This document shows positions 25,105-39,030 of a stretch of DNA of 64,000 nt, piece by piece. The DNA is from Dendrobates tinctorius (lineage: Eukaryota). Position 1 is the first letter of the stretch, and the number at the start of each line of letters is the position of its first letter. The position numbers and the translations under genes are program-made. The notes under the pieces are model-generated. The model was not told where the DNA came from. It did not search any database and saw only the letters and a program-made list of their open reading frames with translations. The stretch covers positions 20,026,001 through 20,090,000 of the forward strand of contig NW_027361797.1 in the NCBI RefSeq assembly GCF_039654945.1, in the 5' to 3' direction.

Positions 25105-25570
25105 GGGTACCGTTACACATAGCGACGCTCCAGCGATCCCGACAACGATACGACCTGGTAAGGATCGCTGCTGCGTCGTTACATGATCGCTAGTAAGCTG
25201 TCAAACAGGCAGATCTACTCAACGACACAGAAATGATGCGGTGATCCGTATAACCTCGGCGATTGTTGGGACCTTGTCACACAGCAGCTATTCTGACGAC
25301 TCCGACCTCGATAGAGTGTGTTCTGAGTCGCCAACGAGCTCGCTCGTCGTGGTTATGGTGTCAAACACAGCGATGCATGCTGGCCAGCAGGACATCAATG
25401 ATCAAAAATTGGCCTAAGACATTCGAGCACGATCATCGAGATCACAGTGGGGGGCCGGTCGCTGCTATGTGTCACACGTAGCGAGATCGCTGGCAAAGTC
25501 GCTGTTGCGTCACAAAATCGGTGACGCTTCAGCGATCTCGCTAACGATCTTGCTATGTGTAACGGGGCCT
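25105..25570 (+). mobile_element. PIF/Harbinger MITE, family A relative
   Basis: TTA|GGGTACCGTTACACATAGCG...GCTATGTGTAACGGGGCCT|TAA. Confidence 0.88.
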
Positions 25571-26189
25571 TAACGTAAGAGTCTATGTTAGTAGTGGATA
25601 TTCAGTTTTACTATTAAACTCTATTTCAATGCCTTAGTGGCATTTCAGAACGTTTGCATTCTTATCATTTATTGCTCGTGTTTCCTTCTTAAACGATTCC
25701 TATCCTTTTTTATTACATAATTAGCTGAAACCAATGCATATGGCTAACTGCTCTTTGGTGGTCACAGTAATGCCTAGCTGTCATAAAATATCAAGTGAGA
25801 AAAGTACATGGCACAGAAATCATTTTCGATGTGAAGTGCCGAACATTGTGCCTACATTATACCACACATGTATGACCTTCATTGCATTGCATTGCTCTTT
25901 ATCACAAAGAACTTGTTGCTTATATGAACATTTAATCAATATTCAATATCTGTTCGAGTTGCTGTCTGTGCTGCGAGTGATTAATGGGTTGTAGTGCAAA
26001 TATTATATTATCAGGCAAAGGAAGCAGGTGTAATACGAGCTACGGGAATTATAGAAACAGTGATCGTGACTGGGTTGCAGCTTCACTTTATCTGTAATAC
26101 ACTGTGTGCACAATTTTTTTCCATTTTTTTTATTTTTGATGATTAATTTTATTAAAGAACAACTACACTACAACGGTCAATCCAAAAGG

Positions 26190-26820
26190 TTAATAAACCT
26201 GAAAACCTAAATATGTAGAAAGTAAAAGTTAGGTTTTAATTAAATAATTAAAATTTGCGGATGCCTGATGAAGGAAACCGTGTTTTTTCCGAATCTAGTC
26301 GAAGAGGAATTGGTCCACTGTGCTCCCTGTAATCTATCACGTGACCAGTGACATCATGAAAGTCCTGTTGGCTCATCTCACGCCACAGCTTCACATCCTG
26401 CACACGGCACGCCGGCGCACCGCAGGAAGAGGGGAGCGAGGAGTGTCTGTCACCTGCCGGGACATCACTCCTTAAGAGCCGGGGTATTAACCCACGTTTA
26501 TCTGGCAAACATCATTCAATCTGACTTCACATCAAGACACACAGCACTCTTTACTGGTCCTCTGGAGTCCAGACATTCGCTCAGATTACACCTTAAGGTA
26601 ATAACTACCTAACTTGGAGCAATCCAATTCATTTGTGTGTATTTTTAGGTCACTTCAAGCTAAAGGGGTTCATTATTAAGTGCAAATTTTAATTATTTAT
26701 TTATATTTTATTGATCACATTGGTGGTGTGTGTTCCTAATTTGCAGCAAGTGTTCCTCTCTCTTTTTTAAGGTTACTAGTGCCACCTACAGTCTATACTA
26801 GAAAAGTTAGGTTTTGTCTT
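26190..26820 (+). mobile_element. Penelope-like remnant with degenerate hammerhead
   Basis: CTGATGA-A-GGAAA..TTTCC-GAAT-CTAGTC at 26265-26300; AAAAGTTAGGTTTT repeated at ~26224 and ~26802. Confidence 0.45.
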
Positions 26821-26834
26821 TCTTAGTAAAATAT

Positions 26835-28097
26835 TTATGTGTGCAGAATTAATGGGTAACTATTAGTGCGTAGTATTATTATTCAACTATATGAAAAATG
26901 TAAATTTTCCCATCTCAGTTGTTGATTTTCATTGGTTAGAGTAAGAATAATAACCAAATAACTAAGAAGGTACAAAAATAAATTTCGGATATTTAAAAAA
27001 ATATGTCAGTGACTTTTATAGCCACTCTTCAATAATTGTCATAAGTCTCAGTTTCATAAGCTGCTGACAATCAACTTTTTGGGCAGCAACAACTGCAGCC
27101 TCTCAAATTCTGCTCACAGAGGTAACTGTTTTACTTCACCTTAAATCTTTCATTTAAGAAGGACTCACAAGTTCTCAATGGGGTTTAGTTTAGATGAAGA
27201 AGGAGTCTTGTCATTATTCTCTCATCTTTACCGGCAGCCAAGCAGTGGAGACTTTGATGATTTGATGGAGCATTGTCCAGTATAAAATTCATGGTTTTTT
27301 TAAGATGCAGTCTTTTTCCTGTACCACTGCTTGAAGAAGGTATCTAAAAACTGTTAGTATGCATGGACTTTTTTTAGTCCATCTTCAACACGAAAAAGTC
27401 TAACTAGATCATCTTTAATAATTCCAGTCCATAACAGTAACCCACCTCCAACTTGTTGGTGTCTTAGTCAAATTGGAGATCTGTGCCCATTTTTGATCCA
27501 GCCATGGGCCCATCCATCAAGAGTCACTCTCATCTCATCAGTCCATAAAACCTTTGAAAAATCTGTCTTCAGATAATTCTTGGTCCAGACTTGACATTTT
27601 CATTTCTGTGTCTTGTTCAGTGGTGGTCGGTTTCAGTCTTCCTTACACCAGTCATGCACTGGAGGATAAGATTTTCCTGGTCACTTCTCATTTGATTATT
27701 CTCAAATCTTTGGCAGTTAACGTGCAGTTTTTTTTCTCAAGACATTTTTGTGACCCTATTGATTATCTGCAGCAAAACTTTTGATGGTTCACGCCTCAAT
27801 ATCTTAGCAAATTCAAAAGTGCTGCGTCTTTATGATCTGTGACATTTTGTGACTTTTCGGAATCAGTTACATCTCTTTTTTTGGCCCATTTGAAGAAAAA
27901 CAACTGACAAATATTTCTGCATATTTTGATAAAGGGTATTGTACCCTTAGGCCGCACCCTCCTTCAATACACAAATACACATCACCTGGTCTGCTTCTTC
28001 CAATAAACATTTAAGTTTATATGATTTGGAGTTGGAAAACCTGTCTAAAAATGATGATATGGTCAAAATACTCGCAAACCTAATAACGGTGCACAAA
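26835..28097 (-). pseudogene. old Tc1-superfamily transposon remnant
   Basis: Minus-strand KTDFSKVLWTDEMRVTLDGWAHGW, FILDNAPS, LNPIENL; degenerate TIRs GTGTGCAGAATTAATGGG / CCTAATAACGGTGCACA. Confidence 0.75.
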
Positions 28098-28854
28098 ATG
28101 TATTTGGCACAAAGTAGAATATCCTTTTTTAAAGTTATTTGGTCCTGGCTCTCCCATATATTTTGTGCGTCTATGTGCATTTTTTAATCCTAATCATGAA
28201 CTTTGTAACAATTTTGAATAAAGTTAGTATTTTTTACAGTCAATTATTTTCACTTGTCTTTGTTTTGAGCATACATTTATTTTTAGTGCGCCTTCTAATA
28301 GACAATATTCAGTTTTTTCCATAGTGTGCAATTATTGGTGTGTCAGTATATAAATGTGCAGAAAGCCTTTTTGCAAGGGGATGACAACACCATATTTTTG
28401 GCCAAAGGTTTGGAATGAGGTATATAATATATGAGCATATAATGCTGTGATGTTTGGGTGCTGACATACATTAGGCTTAGGAGTGCAATGCTCAGTGTTC
28501 TAGATGGTAAAACTGCAATGGTTGTCAGTTAATATATATTAGAGTGATATTATTTGCTGATCACAGCACATCATTATAAATTATCCTGCAATATCTAAGC
28601 TTGTCACTATAACTCACAAGGCCAGAATCAGACGTTGACATGTCACACTAAATCTGCTAAGGATCCAGACTATCCCGATGATATCATTAGACAAGTTCAC
28701 ACTACAATTATTTAATAGTTGGATGCATTACCAAGAGTTGAATTTTAAGAATGAACATTGAGCTTTAATTAGAAAAACTACTATTTTAGTGAAAAGATTA
28801 CATTAAATAACAAAAAAAACATACTTAGTGCGCTACAACAGGTTAGGATACATA

Positions 28855-30453
28855 CAGTGGGGAAAAAAAGTATTTAGTCAGTCAGCAATAGTGCAAGTTC
28901 CACCACTTAAAAAGATGAGAGGCGTCTGTAATTTACATCATAGGTAGACCTCAACTATGGGAGACAAACTGAGAAAAAAAAATCCAGAAAATCACATTGT
29001 CTGTTTTTTTTTTCATTTTATTTGCATATTATGGTGGAAAATAAGTATTTGGTCAGAAACAAGCAATCAAGATTTCTGGCTCTCACAGACCTGTAACTTC
29101 TTCTTTAAGAGTCTCCTCTTTCCTCCACTCATTACCTGTAGTAATGGCACCTGTTTAAACTTGTTATCAGTATAAAAAGACACCTGTGCACACCCTCAAA
29201 CAGTCTGACTCCAAACTCCACTATGGTGAAGACCAAAGAGCTGTCAAAGGACACCAGAAACAAAATTGTAGCCCTGCACCAGGCTGGGAAGACTGAATCT
29301 GCAATAGCCAACCAGCTTGGAGTGAAGAAATCAACTGTGGGAGCAATAATTAGAAAATGGAAGACATACAAGACCACTGATAATCTCCCTCGATCTGGTG
29401 CTCCACGCAAAATCCCACCCCGTGGGGTCAGAATGATCACAAGAACGGTGAGCAAAAAGAACCACGCGGGGGGACCTAGTGAATGAACTGCAGAGAGCTG
29501 GGACCAATGTAACAAGGCCTAACATAAGTAACACACTACGCCACCATGGACTCAGATCCTGCAGTGCCAGACGTGTCCCACTGCTTAAGCCTGTACATGT
29601 CCGGGCCCGTCTGAAGTTTGCTAGAGAGCATTTGGATGATCCAGAGGAGTTTTGGGAGAATGTCCTATGGTCTGATGAAACCAAACTGGAACTGTTTGGT
29701 AGAAACACAACTTGTCGTGTTTGGAGGAAAAAGAATACTGAGTTGCATCCATCAAACACCATACCTACTGTAAAGCATGGTGGTGGAAACATCATGCTTT
29801 GGGGCTGTTTCTCTGCAAAGGGGCCAGGACGACTGATCCGGGTACATGAAAGAATGAATGGGGCCATGTATCGTGAGATTTTGAGTGCAAACCTCCTTCC
29901 ATCAGCAAGGGCATTGAAGATGAAACGTGGCTGGGTCTTTCAACATAATGATCCAAAGCACACCGCCAGGGCAATGAAGGAGTGGCTTCGTAAGAAGCAT
30001 TTCAAGGTCCTGGAGTGGCCTAGCCAGTCTCCAGATCTCAACCCTATAGAAAACCTTTGGAGGGAGTTGAAAGTCCGTGTTGCCAAGCGAAAAGCCAAAA
30101 ACATCACTGCTCTAGAGGAGATCTGCATGGAGGAATGGGCCAACTTACCAACAACAGTGTGTGGCAACCTTGTGAAGACTTACAGAAAACGTTTGACCTC
30201 TGTCATTGCCAACAAAGGATATATCACAAAGTATTGAGATGAAATTTTGTTTCTGACCAAATACTTATTTTCCACCATAATATGCAAATAAAATGAAAAA
30301 AAAACAGACAATGTGATTTTCTGGATTTTTTTTTCTCAGTTTGTCTCCCATAGTTGAGGTCTACCTATGATGTAAATTACAGACGCCTCTCATCTTTTTA
30401 AGTGGTGGAACTTGCACTATTGCTGACTGACTAAATACTTTTTTTCCCCACTG
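28855..30453 (+). mobile_element. near full-length young Tc1 transposon
   Basis: TA|CAGTGGGG...CCCCACTG|TA; ~205-bp nearly identical TIRs. Confidence 0.97.
29223..30237 (+). pseudogene. Tc1 transposase with one frameshift and loss of a catalytic Asp
   Basis: Paired-like HTH N-terminus (MVKTKELSKD..RSGAPRK), frameshift near 29455-29480, [27 protein letters not shown]. Confidence 0.95.
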
Positions 30454-30549
30454 TACATAGTGGAGTAAATAAAGTCTTTTTACTTTGGAGTTCAGTGTTA
30501 TAACTACATTTTTTCCAGTTTAAGCATTTAACTATAGACTAGTCATATT

Positions 30550-32680
30550 TAGAGATGAGAGAACTTTTCAAAGTTCGGTTCGGCAAATATCCCGAGGTTC
30601 ACCGAACATGTTCACCAAACAGTTCGTCGAACATACCCGAACCCCAGTGAATTCAATGAGAGGCAAAACCAAACACATAGACAACACCTTCAGGGGGGCC
30701 AGAAAGCTTGCCAAACAGCTCAAATTAATGGCAGACACCAAGAAAAGTGGCATCAATTGACCCAGTGTACATATAGTATAATTGCGCAGCATGGATGCAT
30801 GGGACAGGGCTTCGACCAGCATTTCTAGCTGAAACATTGATCATTAACTTGTGGATGAGTGATAGTTGTAGGCCTAGTGCTCTGAGAGCCCTGCCAAATT
30901 CAGGGAACACACATGAAGGAAACACAACTTGAAGTCCAAACATTTCCAAAAATTATGGGCAGACAACAGGAAAAGTGGCATGAATTTACCCACAGTAGAA
31001 TTTTGATGATGGCACAGCAGCAGTCAACCATGGGCCATGCATGAAGTACCAGGGTCTGGGCCAGCATTTAGAGCTTTGAATTTAACTTTCAGTTAAGACG
31101 AGGTAGGTAAGAGACTGGTGTAAGCCTTCACTGCTGGGAGCCCTGATACCTTATGAAACAGCTGAAACTAGATTTTTGTTCAGCCACACTCAGGTGGCAC
31201 AAATATCAGCTTGGTAGACCACAAATGTTATAAAAAATTAAGAACACAGATCAATTCACCCACAGTAGAAATTTTAGAATGACAGAGCAGCAGTCACCCA
31301 TGGGCCATGTATGAGCCATCAATTTCCCCAGAGTAGAAATAGTATAATGGGCCTCTGACACACCTTACACTACAGGCAACTCACCAGAGGGATACCCAAG
31401 TTTGAGTCTCCACATTTCCAAAAATTATTGTCACACACCATTAAAGTGGCATTAATTTCCCCAGAGTAGAAATAGTATAATAGGCCTCTGACATACCTTC
31501 CACTACAGGCAACCCACCAGATGAAGACCCAACTTTGAGTCTCCACATTTCAAAAAATAAGTTTCTAGCATTAGCAGCAGTAGCTACAGCAGGCACAGAA
31601 GCCATGACAAAGGTGTCACAGACTGAAATAAAGAAAGATCAATGCATCACGCTAAAAACGACACCATCGCCTAGTTATTGGAGATCCATGACTTGTTCAT
31701 CTTGATGAAAGTTAGGCGGTTCATATTTTCAGTAGACAGCCATATGCGCTTATCTGTCAGTATACCGCCAGCAGCGCAGAATACACAATCTGAGAGAACA
31801 CTAGCTGCCGGGCATGACAAAACCTCCAAGGCATGACAGGCAAGCACAGGCCACTTTTCCTTTTTTGAAGACCAAAATGCAAAAGGGTCAAAATTCCCCT
31901 TGATGACGTTGATTTTGAGCTTGAAATACTTCTGCACCATCCTCTCCAGTCGCTCAAAACGTGTCAGACTTGTACTCTGTTCTGCTGATTTAAAATATGT
32001 GTGTAACGACTCCCAGAAATTGGTTATGCAATTTTTGTGTTGACAACTCGAAATTCCCAGGGTTGGAACTCTATAACTGTGATGAACACTGTGTGCTTCA
32101 CTGCTGTCTTGGGGAAAACCAAATTTAAGTTAGTCTACAAGCGTGTTTCGATTCTCCAGCACAAGCACGTCCCTTTCCAGGACAAAGCATCTGGCAAAAT
32201 GTACTCTTGTACCAGCAATCTAACAGAGTGGCAACCCAGTAGTCAGCACTATTTAAAATCCTTCCAATACGGGCATCATGTTGCAGATAGTGCAGCAAGA
32301 AGGCGCTCATGTTTCGGGCGCTCCCATGAGGTCTAAGTCCTCGATATGTTGGTGGCGGGATAACACTCAAGCTTGCGTCCTTCATCCCTTCCGACAACCA
32401 GGGACAACAGAGAGAGGATCATTATCTACTTAACCTCCTGATTGTTGAGCATCCATCACCTCTTACTCCTCATCCTCCTCCATTTGTTCCTCGGCTCCTG
32501 CACCTTTACTAACAGTTTGTCTGGTACCATGAGCCACCCTGAATCCCTGTAATCCACCCTCCCATGGCACCCACCTGTGTGCCATAAGTGAGGTGACCAG
32601 GGTTCATCAGCTATGAGCGCAGTGTGTTCCAGCTGGCATGAAGAGTGTTTGCATCACTGATGTGGCAGCTCTTCAAACCA
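30550..32680 (-). mobile_element. hAT (Ac/ZBED-like) transposon remnant with dimerisation domain
   Basis: TAGAGATGAG terminus with GTTCGG subterminal repeats; DPFAFW..WPVLA..LSCPAASVLSDCVF.AAGGILTDKR..LTFIKMN at 31671-31940; ~134-bp internal direct repeat. Confidence 0.88.
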
Positions 32681-33039
32681 TCAGGATCATCATGGAACAT
32701 GCCCATTAATGGATTATCATGGGAAAGGTGAGGAATATGGTGTTTTATTATTTTTATCTTTTACAGGGGACATGGGTATCGGTGGATTATCATCGGACAG
32801 GTCAGGAATATGGTGTTTTATTATTTTTGTTTTTTTACAGTGGGACATGAGCATCAATTGGCAGAAAGGTGAGTATAACTTTGCTATTTTTATTTTTTGT
32901 GAATAAATATGTAAAAGAGGGTGGGGAGGTTTTATTTCAAATAAAGGAGTTTATTCTTGTAGTGTCTTTATTATAATCTGACTATGGGGTTAGTAATGTG
33001 GGTGTTTTATAGACTCAACTGTATAGTGACAGATCTCTA

Positions 33040-33442
33040 ATACTCTGTAATTCTTCTGCACTGCAGAACATTAGAGCAGCATCTGACATGCAGGGAACTG
33101 GAGACTTTTTGCCAAGAAGAGTGAGCAGCTTTACCATCTGAGAAAATAAAGAACCTCATCCACAACTACCACAAAAGACTTTTAGCTGTCATTAATGTTA
33201 GATGGGCAATACATGGTATTAAGAAATGGGGTATGTAAACTTTTGATCAGGATCATTTGGATATTTTGGGTTGTCATTATGATAAAAAAGAGAAAACACA
33301 GTAGTTTGACAATAAATGGCTTCACCCAACCACTAACGATGAGTGGAAAAAAAGTTTTGGTATTATCATTCATATTCTCTGAAAAAAAGCCAAGAAAGCA
33401 AAACTTCTGCTGGGGTATGTAAACTTTTGAGCACAATTTTAT
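33040..33442 (+). mobile_element. Tc1 3' end fragment (IR/DR type)
   Basis: Transposase C-terminal remnant; GGGGTATGTAAACTTTTGA repeated at ~33229 and ~33412; followed by (TA)n. Confidence 0.75.
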
Positions 33443-33447
33443 ATACA

Positions 33448-33481
<34 letters not shown>

Positions 33482-33603
33482 TATATATACACAGTATAGA
33501 TTTCTCAGTGCACCTTGTTTAATTTGCTCTGCCTATGTAAACAGGCATTTAACTCCTTTAAATTTGCATCATTTGTCATATGTTGTCATTTGATGTGGAC
33601 TTA

Positions 33604-34009
33604 GGGTCCCGTTACATTTAGCGATGCACCAGCGATCCCGACAATGATACGACCTGGTCAGGATCGCTGGTGCATCGCTAAATGGTCGCTAGTGAGCTGC
33701 CAAACAGGCAGATCTCACCAGCGACGCAGCAGCGATAAGCGATCCATCTGCGTTTGCTCTTACCTGTCACACCGCAGCGATGATGACGACTTCCGTCTGC
33801 GTCCATGCATCGCTAGTCGGCGCCAGTGGGACGCCAACGAGGGAAAAATGGCCCAGGACATTCGAGCGCGATCAGCGATATCCAGCGGGGGGGCCAGTCG
33901 CGGGTATGTATCACATGTAGAGAGATCGCTAGCGATATCGCTGTTGCGTCACAAAATCGGAGACGCTTTAGCGATATCGCTAGTGATCTCGCTATGTCAG
34001 AAGGGGGCT
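33604..34009 (+). mobile_element. PIF/Harbinger MITE, family A relative, nested in an older MITE
   Basis: TTA at 33601-33603 and 34010-34012; shares both ends with 10564-10970. Confidence 0.85.
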
Positions 34010-35556
34010 TTACACAAGCGCATTGCACTCTGACCAATGTTATTCAAAGAGTCAGTGCTCATCTGTGATTTTTTCCTCAGCGCTAATTGAACTGAGGAGA
34101 AAATTGCAGCATGCTTCGAGTGGATGCCAGAATCAGATCGCACTTGCCTATGCAAGTCAACCAGTGCAAGAAAAAAAATCAGATAGCATACGGACCATGC
34201 ATGTCTCATCAGGTTTTTATGCACACATCTCAAAGGAAACCCAACTTTTCATCGGCCAAGTACAGTAAATTCACAGCTGGAATCCTCAGAACAGATAGAT
34301 ATCATGTAGCTATTTAATGTCACAACCCTCTACATATAATAAACTAGCACTCTTTAATTCCTTTCATGTGGCACTAAAGGGTTTTTAAACTTATTAAATC
34401 TATTAAATAAAAAAAAAAATTATAAATAAAAAAATGACTTGGGGTCCCCTTTATTTTTCATAACCAGCCAAGGTAAAGCAGACAGCTGCGGGTTTATATT
34501 ATCATGCTGGGTGGATCCCTAGTTATTGGACCCTTCCCAAGCTAAAAATACCAGCCCGCAGCCACTCCACAATTGGTGCATCACATGAGATGCACCATTT
34601 GTGACGCTTGATGTGGTGGCAATTGGGGTAATAGTTTATGGGGCTGATGTCAGCTTTGCAATGTCAGCTGGCATCAAGTTCATGGGTTAGTAATGGAGAG
34701 GCATCAGACACACGCATTACTAGCCCAGTAATAAAAAAAAACACATACACCGAAGAGATCATTTATTTTAAAATACATTCCCCACACAACTCGCTCACCA
34801 ATTTATGAAAAAAAAAATAACAAAAATCAAGACACAATGTAGTCCACAGAATCCATAGTAGTCCAAAATTGGGAACATGAAATACATAAAAAGTGAGAGG
34901 TCCAGAAATAAAAACAGGAAATACTCCCGCATTCACCAATTTAGTAATAAATGGAGTACTATGTACTATGGAGTATCGTCCAAGAGGGGGGAAATTGAAA
35001 ATAAGTGCAATTCCACAATTGTTTATTGTTTTTTTTTTTTATTTATCATATTCACTGTATGCCATTATGATTCTGCAGGTCGGTACGAATACACAGGTAC
35101 CAAACATCTAGAGTTCATTTTTTACTTAAGTGGTGAAAAAATCCAAAATTTATATGAAAGTTTTTGCGTTTGTCGCCATATTCCGAGACCCATAGCATTT
35201 CCATTTTTCGGAATCTGGGTTTGGGTGATGGTTTATTTTTTGCGCCCTGAGCTGACATTTATATGGATACTATTTTAGGGGTAGATATAATGTTTTGATT
35301 GTCTTTTATTGCATTTTATTGCAATATTATGTAATTTCGATTCTTTTTTTTTTCGTTACACCGTTTACTGATCTGATTAATTTACTTTATATTTTGATAG
35401 ATCAGACATTTCAGAATGCAGTGATGCCAAGTGTGTATTTTTTTAATTTATGCTTTCTTTTCAGTGTGCAGAAGGGGGGTGATTTTAACTTTTTTTTTAT
35501 TTTTTCAGATTTTTCAAAACTTTTTTCACTTTTTATTGTATTGAATAGACCCCTTA

Positions 35557-35935
35557 GGCTGTGTGCACACACTGCGGATTTTGCTGCGGTTCCACAGCGG
35601 TTTTGGCCGCTGCGGACCCGCAGCAGTTTCTGCTGCGGTGTACAGTACAATGATTCCCTATGGGAATCAAAAACCGCAGTGCAGACGGTGCGGAATTTTC
35701 CGCGCGGATTATCTGCGGTTTTCAATCCGCAGAAAGAATTGACATGTCAATTCTTTCTGCGGATTCTCCTGCGGTTTGCCATCTCCTCCATTGAGGAGAT
35801 GAAAAACCGCAGGGCAAAACCGCAGAGCAATCCGCAGGTAAAACCGCAGGTCTTTTGACCTGCGGTTTCACCTGCGGATTGTACAAAATCCGCGCGGATG
35901 AATCCGCACCTTTTCCGCAGCGTGTGCACACAGCC
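35557..35935. mobile_element. PIF/Harbinger MITE inside a degenerate piggyBac-like element (~34990-36290)
   Basis: Perfect 14-bp TIR GGCTGTGTGCACAC; TTA TSD on both sides. Confidence 0.93.
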
Positions 35936-36399
35936 TTAAGAGACTTGAAGCTGTGATCGTCTGATTGCCTGTGCTATAGATAGCAGAAATCACGATCTCC
36001 TATGAATGACGACTACAAGCTGGTGTTCACAGGAGTATCAGAGTACCAGACATGGGGGTCTCCTGCAGAGCCCTGGCTGCCATGACAATCCATCGGCATT
36101 CCCCAATCAAGTGACAAATGCGCCAATGGGCGGGATTTGTTACGTGCTCCCAGCTGGCACATGTTAAATCCTTCTGTTGGATATTGACAGAGGGAATTAA
36201 GTGATTAACAACCACGGGTGTAGCTCCAATCCACCTCTGACTGTTAAACGTACATGACAGCTGTGCGCTGCCCGTGAACTGACATCAGGCAATCACGCCT
36301 GCATGTTGTGGAGGCCCCAGATCCTGCCCCGCAGTGTTCAGTGTGTGTGTTATGATGTATTCACACAGCGAGTCTGGGAATCTGGGACCTCAGCAACAC

Positions 36400-36874
36400 G
36401 CAGACGTGATCACCTGATGTCAGTTCACGGGCAGCGCGCACTGTGCATGCCCAAGAAACTGTTTTCACAGAGCAAGCGCCGGCATAGGAGACAGAAGGAG
36501 GCAGGGAACAGAAGCAGAGCAGGGGCATGATGGATGGCTATGGGAGGAGGGGCACAGATTGCAGAGCAGGGGCATGATGGACAGCTATGGGAGGCGGGGC
36601 ACAGATGGCAGCACAGGGGCATGATGGACGGCTATGGGAGGCAGGGCCCAGACGCTACAGAGACATGATTGACGGCGGGGAGGTGGCTGATTCAGGGACA
36701 CACACCATACCTATGGGACGCATTACAGGTATGAGGACCTATTTATAAAAGTTAATATCCCGGCGTTACTGGGGGTCAGAAACAGAAGAGCCACCTTCAC
36801 AGAATGCAGCCTTAGTGCTGCTGAAGGTGGCTCTTTTAGTTAAAAACACCCTGGGGGGGGGTTACAGGTTCATT
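36400..36874. mobile_element. right arm of a T2-MITE related to 16755-17984
   Basis: 36700-36870 matches 17812-17984; 47-bp repeat beginning GGGGCATGATGG at 36522, 36569, 36616. Confidence 0.85.
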
Positions 36875-38279
36875 TTAACCTGGACATTCAACCTGGTTAA
36901 CCTGAGAAAAAGCCAATACAAAAAATGCTGTTTACACCCAATAAGTAATTTAAAGAAGACTGTTAGATAACAAATGTATGCAAAATATTCTCCAAAACTG
37001 GACAAACAAAATACACTCTCACTTACATAAAAGCGGCGTGAACTTGAACCATGGTGCAAAAGTCTTTCCCAATAATATAGAGTGTATCACTCTAATGTTA
37101 GCAAGACATAAGGGGCCCAAACCAACTGATGAGAACTTGATATAGCAACAGAAACAGGATGAGATATAGCATGCCTAAGGCTTGTAGCATTATCATAGAT
37201 AAGAATATTTACTTATTTTATTCGCTTATATAGCGCCATTAATTCTACAGCACTTTACAGATATCAACATCACTGTCATCCATGAGAATATAATGAGAAT
37301 AAGAATAAAAAGAAATGAGAATGATAAAAGAAAATTTACACATAAATTAAAATCTAAAGATAAATATGAATGAGAATATAAAGAAATACAGCAAACAATG
37401 TATTTTCCAACATAAATATCACCCACAGTCAGCATATAGGACCAAAAGTCTTGATAGCGTAGTAGGTAAAGGATCACAGTCAATGACCCTAAGCTGGATG
37501 GCGGCTTTGTCAGGGGTATTAAAACTTAAAAACCATACATGTTTTGTATCACTAAAATCATATTGACTCAGAATAAAGCCAAAATGTTTTGTTTTGGTTT
37601 TTTTCTGCTGCAAGGTGAATGGTGTAAATTTAAAGTTAAATAGCTCTTTTTGTCCATTTCTCCCTCACTCCGTAAGTAATAAAAATTTAATAAAAGTTAA
37701 TCAATGCATTAACTATTTCAAAATGACATTGAAAAAGAAACTCACAATGCAAAAAAAAGCGCCCCTATATCAATATCATTAATATCATTGTACAATAATA
37801 CAATTATGACTTTCTGAATGTGAAAATGGAAAAATGTCTCCCACATTAGGCTCCGTAATGAAAGCAGTAAATCCTCTAATAATGAAGTGGTTAAAGTTGT
37901 AATGCAACCAAAATGTATAATAGCAGAATTTAGAGTTCCGTGAAAGATAATGAATTCACATCACACAATCTAAAAATATATTAACTGCAGTTAATCATTT
38001 ATAACCTGGTCATAAATAACTTGCGTGAATTAAAATATCACGGAAATACATTGATTGTATACATTAATCCATCATGACTTGATATATAGATAGATGTACC
38101 GCAGCTCAGAGAAAATTAATGTGCCAAAATGGACTCACGCGTAAACTAAGATACCAGGCAATGAGGGTTGCACCACCTAAATACAGGAAAAATATATATT
38201 TGCACTCTGCTAGCCAGTAGATTGGAAAATAATGAAAATTGTGTGACAGTTTCATTGTCTATTGATGGTGGCCTGCTCC

Positions 38280-39030
38280 ATGGTTGTGATGTCCTTACGA
38301 GGTCTGATGGGCATATTCTTTAACTGATGTAAGATAACACAAGTCCATATGATACATTCATTCTTGCTCTGAGGTACAATGGTTAATAAAAGGTAATCAA
38401 TGCTAAGATATATTTTAAAATGCCATTGAAAAAAAACAACTCATTATACAAAAAACAAGTCTTCTACAGCAACATTTACAGAAAAAGGATGTTATAAGTT
38501 TGTATTGCCAGACCCTTCTGTCTCTCTTGGATTTGAAGTTTCCTTTCAAGACGAATATTTTTATGTCCATGACGCTGCGATCAGGGCTACAAAAATGTTT
38601 GGCCAAAAGCAAATCTATCCATTTTTTTTATAGGCAGGCGATGAGAATTGATTTGTGTTTTAAGCTTTTGTTCTAATTCCCCTACATATAGACTCCAGTT
38701 GGATATTTTAGGCTTATAAGTACAGTAAGTGGACCACAATAGTTGTGGTGCAGCCAAAGGTATCTGAAATCTTGTAGTTCTGATGTGAATTTGGAACGTT
38801 TTTCTTGTCCATAGTTATTTTTTGGGGCCAAATGTAACGGTGCCCAGGGCAGCAGCCATGTGCGAGTATTACAAATTCTGTGCCCCGGCATGCTACATAA
38901 AAATGGGGTTCCTGGGTGTGTGTGTCTCTTGATGCTGCAGTGGAAATCTTCATGTTCAGCACTACCACAGTCTGCAAGACGCAAGAGCCTTTTATCTGCA
39001 AGATGAGGATACCAGACATTTAGTTAAAAA
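38280..39030 (-). pseudogene. old L1-clade endonuclease remnant
   Basis: Frameshifted motifs in expected order: QETH, ITM..NVPNSHQ (cf. YAPN), FVLKGNF (cf. GGDFN). Confidence 0.45.

Noticed and set aside
37126-37160. CTGATGA...GAAA hammerhead candidate
   Set aside because: No convincing stems I, II or III.
36902-37174. Two candidate minus-strand exons around a 67-nt GT-AG intron
   Set aside because: Frame is ambiguous, the second donor is weak and no peptide is recognisable.
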